A stretch of DNA of 64,000 bases from Gemmatimonadota bacterium (GCA_041477065.1 JBGOUQ010000017.1:3669-67668), one strand, 5' to 3'. Numbered from the stretch's first letter, positions 46,306 through 54,950 are shown. Program-made: numbers and translations. Notes: generated from the letters alone by a model not told the origin.

Positions 46306-47103
46306 ATGACGACGGCAGTCGAGACGATCCGGGACACCCCGTTCACCATCGGTGGACGGACCTTTCAGTCCCGCCTGATGGTGGGGACCGGCAAGTACCG
46401 CGATCACGAGACGATGATGCACGCGATCGAGGCCTCGGGTGCCGAGATCGTCACGGTGGCGGTGCGACGCGTGAACCTGGATCGCACCAACGAGGAGAGC
46501 ATCCTCCATCATCTCGATCCCAAGCGCTATTTCCTCCTGGCCAACACCGCCGGGTGCTACAGCGCGGACGAGGCGATCCGGTACGCCCGGCTGGCACGGG
46601 AGGCCGGCTTCAACGACTTCGTGAAGCTCGAAGTCATCGGCGACCAGGAGACCTTGCTGCCCGACGCCGCCGGCCTGCTGGAGGCCGCCCGTACGCTGGT
46701 GAAAGAAGGCTTCAAGGTCCTCGCCTACACCAACGAGGACCTGATCACGGCGTTGCGGCTCGAGGAGGCGGGGTGCGCGGCGGTCATGCCGCTCGCGTCG
46801 CCCATCGGCAGCGGGCTGGGCCTGCTCAACCCGTTCAGCGTCCGGACCATCAAGCGCCGCCTCACGGTTCCGGTGGTCGTGGACGCGGGCGTCGGCACGG
46901 CGTCCGACGCGTGCGTCACCATGGAGCAGGGCGTGGATGGCATCCTCATGAACACGGCGATCGCGGCGGCGCGGGACCCGGTGGGGATGGCGCACGCGAT
47001 GCGACTCGGCGTCGAAGCGGGGCGCACCGCCTTCCTGGCCGGCCGCATGCCGCGGCGCGAGGTGGCGGTGCCGTCCAGCCCGCTCGAAGGGATGCTGGAT
47101 TAA
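46306..47103 (+). CDS. thiG: thiazole synthase
   Basis: FTIGGRTFQSRLMVGTGKY...; VKLEVIGD; MPLASPIGSG. Confidence 0.95.
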   Translation: MTTAVETIRDTPFTIGGRTFQSRLMVGTGKYRDHETMMHAIEASGAEIVTVAVRRVNLDRTNEESILHHLDPKRYFLLANTAGCYSADEAIRYARLAREAGFNDFVKLEVIGDQETLLPDAAGLLEAARTLVKEGFKVLAYTNEDLITALRLEEAGCAAVMPLASPIGSGLGLLNPFSVRTIKRRLTVPVVVDAGVGTASDACVTMEQGVDGILMNTAIAAARDPVGMAHAMRLGVEAGRTAFLAGRMPRREVAVPSSPLEGMLD

Positions 47104-47149
47104 GGGCCCGACCGCCGCGCGGCGTGCGGCGCTGGAGATCCTCGGCGCG

Positions 47150-48364
47150 GTGCGCGCCGGCGCCACGTTGGGCGACGCCCGCGACCCCGCGCTCGCCGGT
47201 CTCGCCGAGCGGGACCGCCGCCTCGCCTACGAGCTGTCGGCCGGCATCCTGCGCCGCCAGGCCGAGCTCGACCGGGCGCTCACCTTGGCGCACGTCGACC
47301 CGCGCCTCCACGACATCCTTCGCCTCGGCCTCTATCAGCTCCGCTGCCTGGCGCGCGTCCCCGCGCACGCCGCCGTCTCCACCAGCGTGGAGCTCGCCCG
47401 CGAAGCGGTGGGAGAGGCCGCCGCGCGCTACGTCAATCAGGCGCTCCGCAAACTCACGCAGGACGCGGAAGGCTCGAGCGGAGACGAGAGCGCCACGCAT
47501 CCGGAGTGGCTGGTGCGCCGCTGGCGCCGCCAGTTCGGCGCCGCCGAGGCGGCGCAGCTGCTCGCCTGGAACGACGAGCGGCCGGCGCTGACGCTACAAC
47601 CCGCGCGCTGGGATCAGGACACACTGGCGCGGCGGCTCGAGGAGGCGGGGATCGGAGTGACCGAGGCGCCGTTCGGAGCGGGACTGCGGCTGGCTCTCCC
47701 CCACCCGCCACCCCCGTCGCTGCCTGGGTTCGCCGAGGGCGCGTTCCTGGTGCAAGACTCGGCGCAGGCGCTCCTCGCACGGTACGCCGCGGTCCCGCCC
47801 GGCACGCTGGTCTACGATGCCTGCGGCGCGCCCGGCGGCAAGGCGGTCGCCCTGGAGCGGGCCGGGGCGCGCGTGGTGGCCGGGGACGCGCGGGGTGAGC
47901 GCCTGCCCCGGCTGCTCCAGACCGCGCGTCGCTGCGGAGTGGCGATCCGAGTCCTCGCCGCCGATCTTCTGTCGGCGCCCTTCGCGCCGCTCAGTCTGCC
48001 CGTGGTGCTGGTGGACGCGCCGTGCACCGCCACCGGAACCATGGCACGGCACCCGGACGCCCGCTGGCGACTGCGCCCCGGCGCGATCCAACGCGCGGCG
48101 GAGCGCCAGCGTCACTTGCTCGCCGCCGCCGCGGCGCTGGTCGCACCCGGCGGGGTACTAGTCTACGCCACCTGCTCCCTCGAGCCCGAGGAGAACGCAC
48201 TGGTCGTGAAGGATTTCTTGGAGCGAGCTCCGGAATTTCGGCGCGCTACGGTGGCGGGCGCCGTGGATCCGGCCCTGCTCGCACCCGACGGGGAGTTCCG
48301 CACTTTCCCGCCGCGCCACGGGATCGACGGCGCCTACGCGGTGCGACTGGAGCGGAGCCGGTGA
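47150..48364 (+). CDS. rsmB: 16S rRNA (cytosine-C5)-methyltransferase RsmB/Sun family (N-terminus probably extends upstream)
   Basis: NusB-like N-domain and SAM-MTase motifs (DACGAPGGKA, VLVDAPCTATGT, YATCSL). The in-frame upstream sequence ..TAARRAALEILGA.. looks like part of the protein but has no ATG/GTG/TTG. Confidence 0.85.
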   Translation: MRAGATLGDARDPALAGLAERDRRLAYELSAGILRRQAELDRALTLAHVDPRLHDILRLGLYQLRCLARVPAHAAVSTSVELAREAVGEAAARYVNQALRKLTQDAEGSSGDESATHPEWLVRRWRRQFGAAEAAQLLAWNDERPALTLQPARWDQDTLARRLEEAGIGVTEAPFGAGLRLALPHPPPPSLPGFAEGAFLVQDSAQALLARYAAVPPGTLVYDACGAPGGKAVALERAGARVVAGDARGERLPRLLQTARRCGVAIRVLAADLLSAPFAPLSLPVVLVDAPCTATGTMARHPDARWRLRPGAIQRAAERQRHLLAAAAALVAPGGVLVYATCSLEPEENALVVKDFLERAPEFRRATVAGAVDPALLAPDGEFRTFPPRHGIDGAYAVRLERSR

Positions 48365-49134
48365 TGCAGTTCCGCCGTCACATGCCGCCGCTGCGCGAGT
48401 GGCGCGTGCCGGAGGTGATCCGGCGCCGGGCCGCGCGCTGGAGCCTGTGGGGGATCGGCGCGGTGCTCGCCGGCTACCTCACCGCGTACCTGCTGATCTT
48501 TCCGACGCCGATCCTGCACGGGCGCCAGGTGGTCCCGCGGGTACTGGGGCTCTCGTCGCAAGATGCCGGGCAGCAGATCCGCAACGCCGGCTTCGACGTG
48601 CGGGAAGGCGGCGGCGAGCCGCATCCCACCGCGCCCGCGGGCACGGTCATCTGGCAGGATCCGCCGGCCGGCGTCAACGCCCCGGCGGGCTTGCGGGTCA
48701 CCCTGGTGGTGAGCGCCGGCCCGCCCAAGATTCCGGTGCCGGACGTGTCGGGCCTGGAGGGGTCGCTGGCGCAACGGCTGGTGAGCGCGGCAGGGCTCAC
48801 CGTGGCGCAGGTCGAATCGGTTCAGGCGGCCGCCCCCACCGGCATTACCATGCTGACCCGGCCGGCCGCCGGGTCGCTTCTGCTCCCGGCGGGCGGCGTG
48901 ATCGTGGTCGTGAGCCGCGGCGCGCCGACGATTCCCGTGCCCGACCTGCTGGGGATGTCGGTGGCCGATGCCCGCACGCGGCTGGAAGCCGAAGGACTTC
49001 AGGTCGGCACCGTGACGCGGCGCCGCACCGCCGAATCAAACCCCGGGACGGTGGTCGGCCAGAAGCCGGCCGCCGGGACGCTGGCGGCTCCCGGCACCGT
49101 CGTGGACCTGATCGTAGCCCGGAGCCCGCAATGA
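48364..49134 (+). CDS. membrane-anchored protein with three PASTA domains and no kinase domain
   Basis: ATG 48364 (1-nt overlap). TM segment WSLWGIGAVLAGYLTAYLLIF. Three units of the type VPxVxG.s...A...L...G..v. Confidence 0.8.
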   Translation: MQFRRHMPPLREWRVPEVIRRRAARWSLWGIGAVLAGYLTAYLLIFPTPILHGRQVVPRVLGLSSQDAGQQIRNAGFDVREGGGEPHPTAPAGTVIWQDPPAGVNAPAGLRVTLVVSAGPPKIPVPDVSGLEGSLAQRLVSAAGLTVAQVESVQAAAPTGITMLTRPAAGSLLLPAGGVIVVVSRGAPTIPVPDLLGMSVADARTRLEAEGLQVGTVTRRRTAESNPGTVVGQKPAAGTLAAPGTVVDLIVARSPQ

Positions 49135-49802
49135 GCGACGGCGTGCGCATCGCCCCGAGCATCCTCAGCGCCGACCTGACGCGGCTCGCCGAGCAGGTAC
49201 GGGCCGTCCTGGACGGGGGCGCGGATTGGCTGCACGTGGACGTAATGGATGGCCGATTCGTCCCCAACCTGACCTTCGGGTCCAACATGGTGGTCGCGCT
49301 CCGCAAACTCACCGACAAGCCGATCGACGTGCACCTGATGGTCGTCGAGCCGGAGCGCTACATCGAGCCGATGGCCGACGCCGGCGCGTCGGTCCTGACT
49401 TTCCACCCCGAGGCGACGATTCACGTGCAGCGCCAGCTCGCGGACATCCGCCAGCGGGGGATGCTCGCCGGCCTGGCCCTGAACCCGGGCTCGCCGCTCG
49501 CCCCGGTCGAAGAGGTGGTGGACGACCTCGACCTGGTGCTCGTCATGACGGTGAACCCGGGCTTCGGCGGGCAGTCCTACATCCCGGCGTCCACCGAGAA
49601 GATCGGCCGGCTCCGCGCCCTGCTCACCGCGCGGCGCTCGCGGGCCGCGCTGGAGGTGGACGGCGGCATCACGACCCAGACGATCGCGACCGCGCACGCC
49701 GCGGGGGCCGACACGTTCGTGGCCGGTAACGCCATTTTCGCGGCCCGCGACCCCGGGCACGCCGTCGGCGAGCTGCGGCGCCGCTGCCTCGTGACCGCAT
49801 GA
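49131..49802 (+). CDS. rpe: ribulose-phosphate 3-epimerase
   Basis: ATG 49131 (ATGA overlap). IAPSILSADL; LHVDVMDGRFVPN; MTVNPGFGGQ. Confidence 0.95.
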   Translation: MSDGVRIAPSILSADLTRLAEQVRAVLDGGADWLHVDVMDGRFVPNLTFGSNMVVALRKLTDKPIDVHLMVVEPERYIEPMADAGASVLTFHPEATIHVQRQLADIRQRGMLAGLALNPGSPLAPVEEVVDDLDLVLVMTVNPGFGGQSYIPASTEKIGRLRALLTARRSRAALEVDGGITTQTIATAHAAGADTFVAGNAIFAARDPGHAVGELRRRCLVTA

Positions 49803-50335
49803 CGAACCGCCAGCAGTGGACTGTCGTCGCGGGGATCGTAGGAACCGTCGTGTTCGGCGTGGCCCTCGCCCTCAAGGTCCGCGCGGAGATCGACCTCCTC
49901 GGCGTCGGCTCGCACGCCCCCGAATTCCATGCGGCGCATCTCGGCAGCGGACGGCCGGCCACTTTGGCCGACTATCGAGGCAAGGTCGTGCTGCTGAACA
50001 TCTGGGCCACCTGGTGCGAACCGTGCCGCGTCGAGATGCCGTCGCTGGAGCGGCTGCACAAGAAGCTGGCGGGGACCGATTTTCAGCTCGTCTCCGTCAG
50101 CATCGACATCCAGGACTCGACGGTGGTGCGCAAGTTCGCCCAGGAGCTGGGGCTCACCTTCGAGATCCTGCAGGACCGGTCCCGGGCGATCGAGCAGGTT
50201 TATCAGACGACCGGCGTGCCGGAGAGTTTCGTGATCGACCGCGACGGGGTGATCGTGAAGAAAGTGATCGGCGCCGCCGAGTGGGACGGCCCGGTGAACG
50301 AGATGCTCATCCGGCGGCTGGTCGATGCCCATTGA
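49799..50335 (+). CDS. TlpA/ResA-like thiol:disulfide oxidoreductase (thioredoxin fold)
   Basis: N-terminal TM. LLNIWATWCEPCRVEMP contains a CxxC active site. Confidence 0.85.
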   Translation: MTNRQQWTVVAGIVGTVVFGVALALKVRAEIDLLGVGSHAPEFHAAHLGSGRPATLADYRGKVVLLNIWATWCEPCRVEMPSLERLHKKLAGTDFQLVSVSIDIQDSTVVRKFAQELGLTFEILQDRSRAIEQVYQTTGVPESFVIDRDGVIVKKVIGAAEWDGPVNEMLIRRLVDAH

Positions 50336-51257
50336 CCTGACGCGGCTGGTCACCCGCAACTGGCCGATCAAGCTGGCCGCGGCGTTCCTCGCGCTGATGC
50401 TGTACGTGGCCGTCGCCGCCCAGCAGCAGATCAGTCAGACGTTCGACCTCAAAGTCGTCGTCCTGGTGCCGCCCGGCCGCGCGCTGCTCGAGCAGCCGCC
50501 GACAGTGTCGGTCGCGATCACCGGGAAGGGGCGCGAGCTGCTCAAGCTCCGGTCCTTCCCCCGGGTGCTCAACCTGGCCGTCCCCGACACCTTCTCCGGG
50601 TCGGTGTACCGGGTGAGTCTGCGCGCGGGTGACGTGGCCATGCCCAAGGACGCCGAGGTGCAGGTCTCCGACATGGTGCCGCGGGAGATCACGTTGACCC
50701 TGGATTCCGTCGCCAAGAAGGACGTGCGCATCGTACCGCTCGTGGTGGTGGTGCCCGACTCGGGCCAGGAGCTGCGCGGCGGCCTCACGCTCACGCCCGC
50801 GGTCGCGCGCATCGTCGGCTCGGACCGGGCGCTCGCGGGGATCGAATCGGTCACCACGGTCCCCACGCGCATCTCCAGCGTGACCGGCAAGTTCGTCCAG
50901 CAGGTCTCCATCGACACCGCGCCCCTCGGCCCTGTCCGGATCGCGCCCAAGGCGGTCGACGTCGCGGGCGAGCTCGGCCCGGTCCACGAGCGCGTCTTCG
51001 CCGGGCTGCCGGTCGAGACCGGCGCGGGCCGGACCACGAGCTTCACGATGGTGCCGTCCCACGTGTCCGTCGCCGTGCGGGGCCCGGAGGACCGGGTCCA
51101 GGCGCTCACCCGCGACAGCCTCAAGGTCATCGCCCACGTGAACGGCCCGGCGGTTGACGGTGCATGGGCGCACCTCACCGTCGTCGCGCCCCGCGGGATC
51201 ACCACGCGCATCACTCCCGATTCCGTCGTCCTCAGGAAGAAAACCGGCCGTGGCTGA
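50325..51257 (+). CDS. YbbR-like domain protein
   Basis: N-terminal TM (WPIKLAAAFLALMLYVAV) followed by repeated beta-rich units (V.V.V.G......). Family call is by overall resemblance only. Confidence 0.55.
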   Translation: MPIDLTRLVTRNWPIKLAAAFLALMLYVAVAAQQQISQTFDLKVVVLVPPGRALLEQPPTVSVAITGKGRELLKLRSFPRVLNLAVPDTFSGSVYRVSLRAGDVAMPKDAEVQVSDMVPREITLTLDSVAKKDVRIVPLVVVVPDSGQELRGGLTLTPAVARIVGSDRALAGIESVTTVPTRISSVTGKFVQQVSIDTAPLGPVRIAPKAVDVAGELGPVHERVFAGLPVETGAGRTTSFTMVPSHVSVAVRGPEDRVQALTRDSLKVIAHVNGPAVDGAWAHLTVVAPRGITTRITPDSVVLRKKTGRG

Positions 51258-52335
51258 CGTCGTTCTGGGCATTGAGACGTCGTGCGACGAGACGTCGGCG
51301 GCGGTGCTCGTGGCCGGCGGCTCGACCGGCGGGGGGGGGCGCCCTGCTCCACCCGAGCTCGCCAGCCTCATCATCCTCTCCCAGGACATCCACAAAGTGT
51401 TCGGCGGCGTGGTCCCGGAGCTCGCCAGCCGAGCACACCTCGCGGCGTTGCCCGCGGTGGTGGAGCGCGCCCTGGCGGAGGCGGGCATCGCCTGGAGCGC
51501 CGTGGACGCCGTGGCCGTCACGCAGGGCCCGGGACTCGTCGGCGCGCTGCTCGTCGGCGTGGTCTACGCCAAGGCGCTCGCCTACGCGGGCGACCGCCGG
51601 CTCATCGGAGTGAACCACCTCGAGGGGCACCTGTTCGCGCCGGCCGTGGAAGACCCCGAGCTGACTCCACCGTTCGTGGCCCTGCTGGTCTCGGGCGGCC
51701 ACACGCTGCTGCTCGACGTTCCGGCCTGGGGTCGCTACCGGCTGCTCGGCGCGACACGCGACGACGCCGGCGGCGAGGCGTTCGACAAGGTCGGGACCCT
51801 GCTCCACCTCGGCTACCCCGGCGGCCCGGCGATCGAGCGCCTGGCCCGGGAGGGCGACCCGACGCGCTTCACCTTCCCGCGGCCCATGAAGGACGAGGGG
51901 TTCGAGTTCTCCTTCTCGGGCCTCAAGACCGCGGTGCTGCACGCCGTGCGCGCGAGCAGCGACCTGGACCGCGACCGGGCGCACCTGGCACGCGCATTCC
52001 AGGACGCGGCGCTCGACGTGCTGGTCACGAAGCTCGAGCGTGCGGTCCGGGCCACGGGCTACGGTACGGCCGTGCTGGGTGGTGGCGTAGCCTGCAACCG
52101 GGCGTTGGCGGCGCTCGCGGCCGAGCGGCTGGCCGGCCGGGCCCGCGTGGCGGTGGCAAGTCCGAGACTGAACGCCGACAACGCGGCGATGATCGCCCGC
52201 GCCGGCTGGTGGCGTCTCGCCCAGGGGGAGACCAGCGACTGGACGCTCGACGCCCGCGCCGACCTGCCGCTCCCGGGGCTGGAAGCTGCAGCCCCCATTC
52301 CGCACTCCACATCCCGCGCTCCGCATTCCCGATGA
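51250..52335 (+). CDS. tsaD: tRNA N6-adenosine threonylcarbamoyltransferase TsaD
   Basis: GTG 51250 (VADVVLGIETSCDETSAAV). NHLEGH, LVSGGHT, GGVACN. The last about 14 aa (PIPHSTSRAPHSR) are encoded by a heptamer repeat array. Confidence 0.9.
   Translation: MADVVLGIETSCDETSAAVLVAGGSTGGGGRPAPPELASLIILSQDIHKVFGGVVPELASRAHLAALPAVVERALAEAGIAWSAVDAVAVTQGPGLVGALLVGVVYAKALAYAGDRRLIGVNHLEGHLFAPAVEDPELTPPFVALLVSGGHTLLLDVPAWGRYRLLGATRDDAGGEAFDKVGTLLHLGYPGGPAIERLAREGDPTRFTFPRPMKDEGFEFSFSGLKTAVLHAVRASSDLDRDRAHLARAFQDAALDVLVTKLERAVRATGYGTAVLGGGVACNRALAALAAERLAGRARVAVASPRLNADNAAMIARAGWWRLAQGETSDWTLDARADLPLPGLEAAAPIPHSTSRAPHSR
52296..52330. repeat. array of 5 heptamers (cattccg cactcca catcccg cgctccg cattccc), reverse complement of the TGYGGAR family
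   Basis: Direct reading. It lies inside the 3' end of tsaD, immediately before the tsaD-stop/lgt-start ATGA. Confidence 0.75.
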
Positions 52336-53150
52336 CCGTCTATCCCCTGATCCTGCACCTCGGGCCGCTCACCGTCACCGGCTACGGCCTGATGATGATG
52401 GTCGCCTTCCTCATGGCCGGCTGGGCGATCCAGCTCGACCTGCGCGGGCGGGGGCAAAACGAGGACTACGCCGCCGACATCGTGATGGCGGCCGTGATCG
52501 GCGGGCTGGTCGGCGCGAAGATCTGGTACGTGCTGCTCACCGGCGAGTGGGACGCGCTGCTGCGGCGCGGCGGCTTCGTGTGGTACGGCGGCTTGCTCGG
52601 CGGCTCGGCCGGCGTGCTCATCGCCGGGTGGCTGCGGCGCGTATCACTGCGGCTTACGGCCGAGATCTGCGCCGCCCCGCTCGCGCTGGGCTACGCCTTG
52701 GGTCGCGTCGGCTGCTTCCTCGTGAATGACGACTACGGCATCCCCAGCTCGCTGCCCTGGGCGATGAAGTTCCCCCAAGGCCTGCCCGCCACCACCGTGG
52801 GCAACCTGCAAGCAATGCACGTCAGATTCCCGCCCGGGGCGGACCCGCTTCAGGTGGTGGCAGTCCACCCCACCCAGCTCTACGAGACGGCGCTGATGTT
52901 TCTCGCGTTCGCGTGGCTGTGGCGCCTGCGTGGCCACTCCCACGCCGTCGGCTGGCGGTTCGGGGTTTACCTGGTACTGGCGGGGACGGAGCGGTTCCTA
53001 ATCGAGCTGGTGCGCGCCAAGGATGACCGAGTGCTCGGCCCCTTCACGCTGGCGCAAGCGGCGAGCGTACTGCTGGTGGGCGTGGGCGTGTACCTGATGC
53101 GGCGGTGGTGGGACCACCCGGCGGTCAGCCGGCCGGCGACGGCTTCCTGA
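52332..53150 (+). CDS. lgt: prolipoprotein diacylglyceryl transferase
   Basis: ATG 52332 (ATGA overlap). YGLMMMVAFLMAGW; GRVGCFLVNDDYG; HPTQLYE. Confidence 0.9.
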   Translation: MTVYPLILHLGPLTVTGYGLMMMVAFLMAGWAIQLDLRGRGQNEDYAADIVMAAVIGGLVGAKIWYVLLTGEWDALLRRGGFVWYGGLLGGSAGVLIAGWLRRVSLRLTAEICAAPLALGYALGRVGCFLVNDDYGIPSSLPWAMKFPQGLPATTVGNLQAMHVRFPPGADPLQVVAVHPTQLYETALMFLAFAWLWRLRGHSHAVGWRFGVYLVLAGTERFLIELVRAKDDRVLGPFTLAQAASVLLVGVGVYLMRRWWDHPAVSRPATAS

Positions 53151-54855
53151 CCATCCAGAAAATCGCGAACAGCACCAGCGCCACGAGCAGTCCCTGAAGG
53201 GCGAGTGACTCGACCGTCGGATAGATGCCGAGGAACGGAATGCGCGGCAGCCGCTCGATCACCGTCGTCCCGACGTACCCCCCTTCCTGCAGCTCGGCGA
53301 TGCCCTTCCCCGTGAACACGAACGCCATGTAGTAGAGCAGACTCCCGGTGACGGCGAAGAACGGCTTCATGGGAATCCGCATCCCCCACCGATTGATGGC
53401 GAGGTACAGCACGACGAGGGCCGCGGTGCCGAGCGCGATGCCGCCCAACACCGCGCCCGAGCCACCGGTCCCTCCAGACGACAGCAGCGCCTTGAAAAAG
53501 AGGATGGTCTCGAAGCCCTCGCGGTAGACCGCGAGGAAGGCGACCGAGGCGAGGGCGATACCGGAGCCCGACGAGAGCGCGTCCCGCATCTTGCCCCGGA
53601 GGAAGGCGCTCCACTTGTCGGCTTCGATCTTGGACAGCAGCCAGTAGCTGACGTAGAAAAGCACCACGGCCGCGAGCAGCATCGTGCCCCCCTCGAGCGC
53701 GTCGCGTTGGCCGGGGGTCACGTGGAACAACAGCTCGATCGCCGCGGCGGTGAGCGCGCTCGCGCCGACGGCCGCCCACGCTCCCCACGCGACCTCGCGG
53801 CGTCGCTCGGTGGCGCCCGCCTTCCCCAGAAACGCCATCAGCGCACCGACGATGAGGATCGCCTCGAACCCCTCCCGCAGCAGCAACAGGAACGACTGGC
53901 CGAGCAGGTTCGCCCCCGAGGGATGGTCGACGACGAGTCGCTCGGCGCGCTCTAACCCCGCCAGCAGGCGTCCGTGCAGCGCGGCCAGCTCGGCGTCGGG
54001 GGCCCCCGCCTTGGCCCGGGCGCGCAGCCGGCCGAACACGTCCTCCAGCTCGGTGGCGAGGCCGGGGTTGCGCGCCCGCACGTCCGTTTCCACTTGCTCG
54101 AAGGTCAGGTAGGCGTCGAAGACCATCCTGTCCGAGCGGCGCGCGACCGCCGAGTCCACCTCGCGCCGCACGGCGGCGAACACCGCCCCGCTCGCCGATC
54201 CGCCGTACGGCAGCGTGGCGACGTAGGCCGTCACCGCCCACCGGTCGGAGTCCGGAAGGTCATCTTCGAACGACGGCATCGCGGTGCCCGCCACCCCCAG
54301 CATGATCTTGCGATAGATGTCGAGGGGCGTGACCCCTCCCATCACCGCCGGATCGGCGAGGTCGGCGGGTGGCGGGCCTTTGACGGATTTCGCCTTTGGG
54401 CCGTCGCCGCGGCCGGCGGCGCCGTGGCAGGCGGCGCACTGCACGCGGTACACCTCGGCCCCACGCGCCAGCGATGGGGCATGGGCCGGCGTCGGGACGA
54501 TGGCGCCTCTCCCACCTACCGCCGCCGCGAGGCGCCGCGCTAGAGCGTCGGCGAGGCGTTCGACGTCCGCCGGCGGCGCCGTCCGATCCAGGAGGTTGCG
54601 CAGGGCGGCCAAGGCGCTATCGCCGAAGGCGCGCACCACGGTGGGCAGGAAGGGGATGTCGTAGCGGGCCTGGTCGAGGAACTGCTTAGCTTCGTCGACC
54701 TCCTCAGGATGGTCGATCCGGCCGCCGGTGGCCGGCACGCCGGCCGCGTACTCTTTGGCGGACAGGGCGGTGGCGGCGACGAGGCGGCGGGCGGCGCTGA
54801 GGGAGTCGTTCGCCTGACCCGGGAGTGGTGTTGCCAGACAGGCAGCGAACACCAA
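53125..54855 (-). CDS. cytochrome c / FTR1-family iron permease fusion
   Basis: Heme motif CAACHG in the N-terminal exported part. C-terminal polytopic domain has REGFEAILIVG and YREGFETILF (two REGxE motifs). TTG 54855 or GTG 54852 start. Confidence 0.8.
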   Translation of the reverse strand: MVFAACLATPLPGQANDSLSAARRLVAATALSAKEYAAGVPATGGRIDHPEEVDEAKQFLDQARYDIPFLPTVVRAFGDSALAALRNLLDRTAPPADVERLADALARRLAAAVGGRGAIVPTPAHAPSLARGAEVYRVQCAACHGAAGRGDGPKAKSVKGPPPADLADPAVMGGVTPLDIYRKIMLGVAGTAMPSFEDDLPDSDRWAVTAYVATLPYGGSASGAVFAAVRREVDSAVARRSDRMVFDAYLTFEQVETDVRARNPGLATELEDVFGRLRARAKAGAPDAELAALHGRLLAGLERAERLVVDHPSGANLLGQSFLLLLREGFEAILIVGALMAFLGKAGATERRREVAWGAWAAVGASALTAAAIELLFHVTPGQRDALEGGTMLLAAVVLFYVSYWLLSKIEADKWSAFLRGKMRDALSSGSGIALASVAFLAVYREGFETILFFKALLSSGGTGGSGAVLGGIALGTAALVVLYLAINRWGMRIPMKPFFAVTGSLLYYMAFVFTGKGIAELQEGGYVGTTVIERLPRIPFLGIYPTVESLALQGLLVALVLFAIFWMVRKPSPAG

Positions 54856-54878
54856 GCCAACAAACAGCTTACGATGGA

Positions 54879-54893
54879 TGAGAACCGTTCTCA
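54879..54893. promoter_or_regulatory. perfect 7-1-7 palindrome TGAGAAC-C-GTTCTCA upstream of the iron permease (Fur-family-like architecture)
   Basis: Direct reading. It lies 24 nt upstream of the permease start, in the 95-nt lower-GC gap. Confidence 0.4.
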
Positions 54894-54950
54894 GAAAGGG
54901 TGCGTCGAATACTAGAGCGAATCAGTCGGGAATGCAAGGCGAGGCAGGTA

